64,000 nt of DNA from Candidatus Bathyarchaeota archaeon (GTDB lineage Archaea; Thermoproteota; Bathyarchaeia; 40CM-2-53-6; RBG-13-38-9): assembly GCA_963807605.1 (NCBI GenBank), contig CAWECG010000001.1:1-64000 (forward strand). The letters are read 5' to 3'. Below the pieces are notes generated by a model, which had not been told where the DNA came from, made no database searches, and saw nothing but the letters and a program-made list of their open reading frames with translations. The translations under genes were made by a program, and so were the position numbers. Below, in pieces: positions 57,228 to 64,000 of the stretch; the first letter of the stretch is position 1; each line of letters begins with the position of its first letter.

Positions 57228-58384
57228 GTTTTCACCTCCGCCTCTAGTACTTTGGGGTCAGCTGTCAGCATCTTCTTCAGCAACTCCTCAACCCGGCTGA
57301 TGCGTTCCTGATTATCACTTATCACCTCGTCCCGCTCCTGGAGATCCTGGCGGAGCTTCTTGACTTCTTGCTGCTCCCGATCGGTCTGCACCCCCGACAT
57401 GATGTTCAGATGTTTCTCAGCGATCCGGTAATGCTCCAATGTGTAGCTTCGGTCCATGTAGAACTTGTCGTACTGATTTGGATCCGTGGTGTGTCCCATC
57501 CAGTACTCAACGCATTGAAGATCAAGTCCGTCGCCTTTACCCTTCAAGTGCAGTAGGGTTCTTGCGACGTCTCGGAACTCGTGGAGATTATAGCCGTACC
57601 TGACCGCTGTTGAGTGGCTATGCTTAACATATTTGAGCCGCTCAAGCAGCCTCATGTGGAGCTGCCGGTAAGCGCCTTTTGTGCAGGATCCAGATCCGTT
57701 TACCAGGAGGATCGGCTCACCTGCACCGGGCCAGCCGCGGATCCGCTCAAAATACTCCTTCCACGCTGCCAAGGCGTCGCGGCCTATGAAGGTTTGATAG
57801 TTCTTCTTGTTCTTGGTCTGCTTCCTGCCAGGATACTCAAACATGAAGGGGGTTTGAATCCCCTCCTTCTTCAAGTGCTGGGTCAACGCCTCACCGCATC
57901 CTGCGTTGAACTGGGTGAACCGTTCCAGGTCCATGAGGCCCTGCCATAAAGTCAGATAGAAAGCCTTCCGGCCCATAGGTGAGTTTTCAACCAGCGCCTT
58001 TATGATCTCAACTGTCAGCTTTCCGCTCGAGGGAGGTCGATCCGCATGAATCGCAAAGTCATCCTCAGGCAGAGGGGCCCGGTTCTTTTTGAAGAAGGAT
58101 CTCAGAATCGCATACTGAACGACCAGGCTATTGTAGGTTCCCTTCCTCCCCTGAAAGTAGGCTTGTAAAGCATCCAGGATCACAAACTGATCCTTCTTCT
58201 CCGCGTTCGCTTGAAACTCAACAAGCTGCCGTGGGGTCAACCCGCGAAGCCGCTCATTACCCTGCAGGAACTCAAGAAACCCGGCTAGCTTATATAGGCG
58301 GCTCCGACAGTCCGCATCTGGATAATGGCCAAGCCACCGAGCAACAGCGGGATCCCCAGCTAGAGAATCAACCTTGGATGTCAT
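57224..58384 (-). CDS. Proviral tyrosine integrase (probable ATG 58384)
   Basis: HEFRD, WMGH, NQY motifs; adjacent to attR. Confidence 0.88.
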   Translation of the reverse strand: MTSKVDSLAGDPAVARWLGHYPDADCRSRLYKLAGFLEFLQGNERLRGLTPRQLVEFQANAEKKDQFVILDALQAYFQGRKGTYNSLVVQYAILRSFFKKNRAPLPEDDFAIHADRPPSSGKLTVEIIKALVENSPMGRKAFYLTLWQGLMDLERFTQFNAGCGEALTQHLKKEGIQTPFMFEYPGRKQTKNKKNYQTFIGRDALAAWKEYFERIRGWPGAGEPILLVNGSGSCTKGAYRQLHMRLLERLKYVKHSHSTAVRYGYNLHEFRDVARTLLHLKGKGDGLDLQCVEYWMGHTTDPNQYDKFYMDRSYTLEHYRIAEKHLNIMSGVQTDREQQEVKKLRQDLQERDEVISDNQERISRVEELLKKMLTADPKVLEAEVKT

Positions 58385-58415
58385 CAGTAAAACCACTAAC
58401 CAATACACAAATTAA

Positions 58416-58423
58416 CTATATAA
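58416..58423. promoter_or_regulatory. TATA box candidate usable on both strands (int and iorB)
   Basis: CTATATAA, 20 nt before the iorB GTG and 32 nt before the int ATG. Confidence 0.5.
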
Positions 58424-58437
58424 CAAGAATGACTGTG

Positions 58438-58448
58438 TTATCGTGTTA
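58438..58448 (+). repeat. attR core TTATCGTGTTA (contains the iorB GTG)
   Basis: Identical to 18893-18903. Confidence 0.88.
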
Positions 58449-59033
58449 ACCTACAGCATAGTCTTGGCTGGTGTCGGAGGACAAGGAGTCCTATTCCTGT
58501 CGAGGGTGCTGGGGCAAGCGGCACTAGATTCTGATCTAGAAGTCAAGGTTGCAGAGATACACGGAATGGCTCAAAGAGGCGGCTCTGTAACATCGACGGT
58601 GCGTTTTGGTAAAGAGGTCTTTTCCCCAACAGTCCCCCAGGGAGAGGCGGACCTGATCGTTGCACTCGAACCTATCGAGGCCCTGAGGAATATTGGATAC
58701 GCCAATTCCGAGACCCTCATAGTCCTAAGCACCAATATCATAGCACCTCCGGGCACCTATCTTTCAAAGGAAAAGTACCCCGACATAGCGAACATCGTAA
58801 ACAGTCTGAGAAGAGTCTCAAAGGACGTCTTGACAATCGATGCTTTGGAGTTGGCGGTAAAAGCTGGCAATCCGGCTACGCAGAACACTGTGATACTCGG
58901 ATTAGTCTCAGCCTCAGGGAAGCTACCCCTAGAAGCTGACGCCATAAAAAAGAGTATTCTGAGCTTGACTCAGAAGAAGTTCCAAGAGGTGAATCTGAAA
59001 GCCTTCGATCTCGGGCTGAACAACCTTGATTGA
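58443..59033 (+). CDS. iorB: Indolepyruvate:ferredoxin oxidoreductase beta subunit
   Basis: AGVGGQG, EIHGMAQRGGSV, ALEPIEALR, NLKAFDLG. Confidence 0.95.
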   Translation: MLTYSIVLAGVGGQGVLFLSRVLGQAALDSDLEVKVAEIHGMAQRGGSVTSTVRFGKEVFSPTVPQGEADLIVALEPIEALRNIGYANSETLIVLSTNIIAPPGTYLSKEKYPDIANIVNSLRRVSKDVLTIDALELAVKAGNPATQNTVILGLVSASGKLPLEADAIKKSILSLTQKKFQEVNLKAFDLGLNNLD

Positions 59034-59130
59034 TCATCCATAAGGCATAGCCTGCAGTCCAATGATAGACTAAAATAATAAGCGATTTGCTTATAGGTTC
59101 CTTGAAAGGCAGGTTTAGTCTGAATAACTG

Positions 59131-60534
59131 GTGAAAGAAATGAGTGAAAGCAAGATTACACGTCGTAAGTATTTGAAATACGCAGCAGCAGGTGTAGTGG
59201 CCGCTGCCGCAGCCGCCGTAGGAGTAGAATACTATTACTCCCAACCAGCAGCCAGAACCAGACCGATCAAGATAGGGATGCTCGCGCCGTTCTCACAACC
59301 TGAAGGCCCAGATATGGATCGGGCGTCCAAGATGGCCGTCGAAGAGATCAATTCAGCAGGCGGAGTCTACGTCAAGGATTGGGGTGTGTCAGCCCCAATA
59401 GAGATAGTGATAGCAGATAGTGAAAATGCATCCCCAGAGAAAGGAGTAACAGCGGTAACAAGAGCCATAATTGAGGACAAAGTTGACCTGATGATCGGAG
59501 GAATGTCGAGCGCTGAGACACTCGCAAGTCAGGTCCCAGCTATCGAGAATCGGGTCCCATTCATCATAACGGGCGCTTCAACCCACCTCGTCACCAGACG
59601 CGGGCCCCAAGGCAACTACGGCGGGCTTCCGGAAGGTAATCCGATGCGCATTGAGGACGCAGAAGGCATGAGTTACATGTTTCACTACTGCACGACCACC
59701 TACCATTACTCTAAGACAATAGTACATTTCTTCGGTGAATATCTTCAGCCGATAGTGGCTCCGAATCGCAACTTAAAACTCGCTGTGATATATCGTAATG
59801 ACCCCTATGGCGCAGGGGTTTGGCAAGCGAGCAAAGATTTCATTCAGAAAGACAATCTTCCGATCGATATTGTAGCCGAGAAGAACTATCCGATGGGAAC
59901 AACAGACTTCCACGCAGAACTGACAGCGATCAAAGCAGCAAATCCCGACGCGGTCTTCGCAGTCGACTTTACCGTCGGGACCTCTCAGATCTATATCCAA
60001 GGTCAGAGAGATGTTGGCCTCAACACGGTATACATGGCCGTCGAAGTCTGCGAAGGACCTGAATTCTACACCCTACTTGGAAAATGGGGAGATCATCAAT
60101 TATTGGAGTCAAAATTCGGACCGTACGCAGGCCCGCCTTTCTACCTGCCATTAATGAACACCTTCGTTCCAAACTTCAAGCAGAAATACAATGTTTCACC
60201 AGGCATGATGGGAGCAGACACCTATGATGCCTTTTTCATAGCAAAAGACGCTATCGAGAGGGCAGGCACATTAGATAAGGCAAAGGTTAGAGATGCGATC
60301 GAACAGACAAAGATGAAAGATATGCTCGTAGCAACCCAAACAGGTTACATCGAATTCAGTGAAGCACCTGACGCGTTCCACGAGATTGCACCCTTAACCT
60401 TCATAGAGCAGCTGTACTGGAAACAGGATCTTGGCGAGACTAGGCCCATGATAGTCTGGCCTGAGAAAGTTCCAGGCGTAGGAACGATCAAGCAGAAAGA
60501 CTTTGAACTGCCAGCAAACTACGCCTCGGTATAA
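59131..60534 (+). CDS. livK: Branched-chain amino acid ABC substrate-binding protein with Tat-like signal
   Basis: TRRKYLK twin-arginine motif; IKIGMLAP, AVEEIN, TDF, YDA. Confidence 0.85.
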   Translation: MKEMSESKITRRKYLKYAAAGVVAAAAAAVGVEYYYSQPAARTRPIKIGMLAPFSQPEGPDMDRASKMAVEEINSAGGVYVKDWGVSAPIEIVIADSENASPEKGVTAVTRAIIEDKVDLMIGGMSSAETLASQVPAIENRVPFIITGASTHLVTRRGPQGNYGGLPEGNPMRIEDAEGMSYMFHYCTTTYHYSKTIVHFFGEYLQPIVAPNRNLKLAVIYRNDPYGAGVWQASKDFIQKDNLPIDIVAEKNYPMGTTDFHAELTAIKAANPDAVFAVDFTVGTSQIYIQGQRDVGLNTVYMAVEVCEGPEFYTLLGKWGDHQLLESKFGPYAGPPFYLPLMNTFVPNFKQKYNVSPGMMGADTYDAFFIAKDAIERAGTLDKAKVRDAIEQTKMKDMLVATQTGYIEFSEAPDAFHEIAPLTFIEQLYWKQDLGETRPMIVWPEKVPGVGTIKQKDFELPANYASV

Positions 60535-60600
60535 AAAAAGAAGGCACTGAACAGTTCGCAGCGCACATCGCGATATTTTACCGCGTAGGCACGACCTATA

Positions 60601-61473
60601 TTGATTGAAGTCGTCACCCTAGCCCTGACTCTCCTTTGGGGGGTCGCCATCGGCTGCATCTATATCCTACTGGCTGCAGGGCTCAACTTGATCTTCGGAG
60701 TTATGAAGGTAGTCAACTTCGCACACGGACAATTCCTCATGCTGGGCGCCTACATGTGCTATTGGACTTCGTTTCTACTGGGCATTAACCCATACGTAGC
60801 TGTGCTGTTATCAATGCTGATTGTTACTGCCGTCGGAATTGCTGTTGAGCGTTTGTGTTTCAGCAGAATACTTGGAACATCTAAGCTGAATGAGATCTTC
60901 ATAAGCCTCGGACTGATATACATCTTTGACTACTCAGCCGTCATGCTGTGGACTGACAAGCCGAAGAATATTGTGACCCCCTTCCAGTACTCTGTCCTAT
61001 CTTTTGGAATTGTCTCTATCAGCTATGACTGGTTGATATCTATAGCAGTCGTCGTCGCGATACTAGTCGCGCTCTTCCTTCTCCTGGAGAAGACCAAGTT
61101 AGGAAGGGCCATGCGGGCTACCAGTCAGGATAGAATTGCCGCCATGCTCGCGGGCATAAACGTAAACAGAATACATATGGCAAGTTTCGGAGTCGGTTCA
61201 GCTCTCGCTGCGGCTGCAGGCTCACTATATGGGATAATCTTCTCGATAGATCCCTACATGGGTTCACTCCCAGCTGTAAAGGCCTTTGCGATAATCATCC
61301 TTGGTGGGCTTGGTAGTATCAATGGAGCGATCGTGGGTGGACTCTTGTACGGCCTCGCCGAGAACACCGCGACCTTTTTCCTCGGCGGGATTTGGAGAGA
61401 TGCAGTTCCATTTGTTGTATTGATAGTTGTACTGATAATAAAACCCACAGGGCTCTTCGGAGAACGCGAGTGA
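60601..61473 (+). CDS. livH: Branched-chain amino acid ABC permease
   Basis: GLNLIFGVMKVVNFAHG, GRAMRA, LGGLGS, KPTGLFG. Confidence 0.92.
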   Translation: MIEVVTLALTLLWGVAIGCIYILLAAGLNLIFGVMKVVNFAHGQFLMLGAYMCYWTSFLLGINPYVAVLLSMLIVTAVGIAVERLCFSRILGTSKLNEIFISLGLIYIFDYSAVMLWTDKPKNIVTPFQYSVLSFGIVSISYDWLISIAVVVAILVALFLLLEKTKLGRAMRATSQDRIAAMLAGINVNRIHMASFGVGSALAAAAGSLYGIIFSIDPYMGSLPAVKAFAIIILGGLGSINGAIVGGLLYGLAENTATFFLGGIWRDAVPFVVLIVVLIIKPTGLFGERE

Positions 61474-62405
61474 TGCAGAAGGGAAAGGGCATCTCCTCCT
61501 CCAAGATGATACTTGCATCGATCTTTCTCGGCTTTATCGCAGTATTGCCTGTATTCCAGAAGAATCAATATATTATCCATTTGATAATACTCTTCGGAAT
61601 CTACATAATCTACTCTTCCAGCTGGAACCTGTTGGCCTACTCAGGTCAGGCTTCCCTAGGGCACGCTGCTTTTCTGGGTATAAGTGGTTATGTCTCAACA
61701 TTGATGGTCATCGATCTCGGTATCAACCCTTGGATTGGTCTACTCGCAGGAGCATTGGTTGCATCGGTTATCGGCTTCCTCATAGGATTAACATGTGTGA
61801 GGTTAAGAGAATGGTTCCTGGCTATGGTGACATTTGGATTTGCGGTAATAGCGGGTACCGTTATTCTGGCTCTCGACTGGATCACACAGGGTTCTACTGG
61901 CTACGCTACCCCTAGCCTAGTTAATACTCGGATCGAGTACTATTACGTAGTGATGACGCTAGCAATAATGACGATTGCCACGATTTACCTCATCATCAAA
62001 TCTAGGATTGGGCTAGCTTTCAGTACTATTAGAGAGAATGAGCTTGAAGCGGAGAACATAGGGGTCAACACGACTAGGTATAAACTCTTGGCATTCACGT
62101 TAAGCGCCTTCTTCGCCGGTATCGCCGGAGGGGTATTGGCTTATTACATAGGCTACATCAGCGACCAAGTATTCAGTTTCGACCATTCCTTCATGCCTCT
62201 CATTATGGCCGTCACTGGTGGGTTGAATACCGTCGGAGGCCCAATAATAGGATCGATAATAATTCTTTCAATATGGGAAGCGCTGAATATTATCAATCCT
62301 ATTCAAAGGATGATCGCCATAGGGGTATTTCTCACCCTGATAGTGATTTTTGTCCCTCAAGGAGTCTTCTCAATTATCAAGAAGTATTTTGCATTTATCA
62401 AGTAA
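61473..62405 (+). CDS. livM: Branched-chain amino acid ABC permease (probable ATG 61473)
   Basis: SWNLL..GQASLGHAAF, IRENE, GPIIG. Confidence 0.9.
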   Translation: MQKGKGISSSKMILASIFLGFIAVLPVFQKNQYIIHLIILFGIYIIYSSSWNLLAYSGQASLGHAAFLGISGYVSTLMVIDLGINPWIGLLAGALVASVIGFLIGLTCVRLREWFLAMVTFGFAVIAGTVILALDWITQGSTGYATPSLVNTRIEYYYVVMTLAIMTIATIYLIIKSRIGLAFSTIRENELEAENIGVNTTRYKLLAFTLSAFFAGIAGGVLAYYIGYISDQVFSFDHSFMPLIMAVTGGLNTVGGPIIGSIIILSIWEALNIINPIQRMIAIGVFLTLIVIFVPQGVFSIIKKYFAFIK

Positions 62406-62438
62406 CGTCGAGTCACCGCGTACAGTGCACGGCTTCAC

Positions 62439-63143
62439 TTAGAAGCCGAGATACACTTCCCTGACGTAACTATCAGAGAGGAGTTCCTTCCCATCGCCGG
62501 ATCTCACAATTCTTCCATTCTCAAGTACGTAACACTTATCGGCCATCTCCAGAGACTCGCGTATATTTTGCTCTACCAGCAAGACCGTAACCCCGATCTC
62601 GTTTATTTGCGTCACGACGTCGAGCATCTTCTCAACCATGATCGGAGCTAGACCGAGTGAGGGTTCGTCTAGTATCAGCAGTTGTGGGCTGGACATGAGC
62701 CCTCTGGCGATGACCAGCATCTGTTGCTCACCGCCGCTCATAGTCTTGGCGCGATCACTCGCCTTATCTTTGAGAATGGGAAAGATCTGATAGAGGTTTT
62801 CCATGGTCTTTCTGATCTGTCTAGTGTCCCTTACTGGATAAGCGCCCATCAAGAGATTCTCATGTACGCTCATGTTGGGGAATACTCGTCGCCCCTCTGG
62901 TATGAGCGAGAGTCCTCTCTTCACAATGTCATAGGTTGGTAGCCTATCGATTCGTTCGCCTTTGAACGATACGGTCCCCAGAGTTGGCTTGTTTATGCCT
63001 AGTATCAGATTGACCAGTGTGGACTTGCCAGCACCGTTAGGCCCTATTATCGCGGTAATATCTTTCTCATTGGCTTCGAAGGAAATGTCCCATAGTACTT
63101 GGACCATGCCGTAGGAGAACGAGATATGTTCAGCCTTGAGCAA
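62439..63143 (-). CDS. livF: Branched-chain amino acid ABC ATP-binding protein
   Basis: GPNGAGKST, PEGRRVF, MSGGEQQML, LDEPSLGLAP. Confidence 0.93.
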   Translation of the reverse strand: MLKAEHISFSYGMVQVLWDISFEANEKDITAIIGPNGAGKSTLVNLILGINKPTLGTVSFKGERIDRLPTYDIVKRGLSLIPEGRRVFPNMSVHENLLMGAYPVRDTRQIRKTMENLYQIFPILKDKASDRAKTMSGGEQQMLVIARGLMSSPQLLILDEPSLGLAPIMVEKMLDVVTQINEIGVTVLLVEQNIRESLEMADKCYVLENGRIVRSGDGKELLSDSYVREVYLGF

Positions 63144-63146
63144 GCG

Positions 63147-63884
63147 TTATTCCCTTAGGAGATATTTCTTGCCCAAATATACTCTGATTACGGCTTCGTC
63201 GTCCATTATTTCTTTTGGAGTGCCCTCCGCTATCAACTCTCCATGGTGCAGGACTGAAACCGTGTCGCATAGCCCCATTATTATTTTCATGACATGTTCG
63301 ACCATAAGGATAGTAATGCCCTCTCCCTTCACTTTCTTGACAAGACTAATGGCCTTCTCACACTCTGCAGGGTTGAGCCCCGTCAGGAGTTCATCAAGCA
63401 GGAGAAGTTTAGGATTGGTGGCTAGCGCCCTTGCAAGCTGTATTCTTCTCAACTCTGTTATGTTGCAGTTCTTAACGGGTCTCTCGAATTTCTCTTCTGG
63501 TACGCCTACAAACTCTAATAGTTGACCCGCTCTTTCCAAAGGATCTTTATGCCCCCTGCTCCCGCCTCTGCCAAAGTGTACTCCCGCAAGAACATTTTCC
63601 AATGCAGTAAGATCTGGAAATGATTGAACAAGTTGGGACGTTTTGACTATTCCTTTGGAGCTTATCTTGTGTGTAGGTAGGTTAGAGATATCCTTGCCTT
63701 CAAACAATATCTGACCGCTGTCGATTCCGTGGATTCCGTTGATGCATGATAGCAGGGTAGTCTTTCCAGAACCATTTGGGCCGACTAGGCCTGTGATTTC
63801 TCCTTCTCTTGCAGTAATACTTACTTTCTTTAATGCTTGTACTCCGCCGAAGCTTTTCGAAACTTGAACGCATTCGAGCAGCAT
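63147..63884 (-). CDS. livG: Branched-chain amino acid ABC ATP-binding protein
   Basis: SFGGVQAL, GPNGSGKTT, LLLLDE, VEHVM, VYLG. Confidence 0.92.
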   Translation of the reverse strand: MLLECVQVSKSFGGVQALKKVSITAREGEITGLVGPNGSGKTTLLSCINGIHGIDSGQILFEGKDISNLPTHKISSKGIVKTSQLVQSFPDLTALENVLAGVHFGRGGSRGHKDPLERAGQLLEFVGVPEEKFERPVKNCNITELRRIQLARALATNPKLLLLDELLTGLNPAECEKAISLVKKVKGEGITILMVEHVMKIIMGLCDTVSVLHHGELIAEGTPKEIMDDEAVIRVYLGKKYLLRE

Positions 63885-64000
63885 GCGTGTTCTCCGTGAC
63901 TGACAACCAATGCTACAGAACTTATCTATTTTTCAGTCGGCAAATCGAAGGTTGATTCAGAGGAGCGCACCGTACCTAGAGTTTTCTGTTGTCAACTACT

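Larger units (their letters stand above)
18893..58448. mobile_element. Integrated tailed provirus (~39.5 kb, siphovirus-like)
   Basis: Bounded by an 11-bp direct repeat, with a terminal integrase and TerS/TerL/portal/protease/capsid/tail genes; separates iorA from iorB. Confidence 0.93.

Overview
Archaeal chromosomal segment, probably Bathyarchaeia-like (inferred from a two-intron tRNA, GGTGA ribosome-binding sites, IOR and URO-D-family genes). It has three parts. (1) 1-9383: a decaying defence/mobile island next to the 3' end of a tRNA-Arg(TCT) gene. It holds fused restriction-modification fragments, two DNA methyltransferases, a 4.3 kb IS6-family cargo transposon bounded by 61-bp bipartite inverted repeats, and a frameshifted tyrosine integrase. 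(2) 9575-18891 and 58443-63884: host genes (deacetylase, acyltransferase, RidA, aminotransferase, URO-D-family protein, Mod/Wtp-type ABC components, iorA/iorB, Liv-type ABC transporter). (3) 18893-58448: an apparently complete ~39.5 kb tailed provirus (siphovirus-like, HK97-fold capsid). It is inserted between iorA and iorB at an 11-bp direct repeat (TTATCGTGTTA) that contains the iorB start codon. The provirus carries a divergent RHH/RHH switch with palindromic operators, a candidate archaeal egress cassette (PLD-family enzyme, papain-like protease, small membrane proteins), two long structured intergenic RNAs, a glycosyltransferase/radical-SAM cassette, a -1 frameshifted tail chaperone, two tail-tube paralogues, a His-x-His needle protein and two PEF-CTERM-like surface proteins. 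All protein family calls come from reading motifs by eye; no database search was run.
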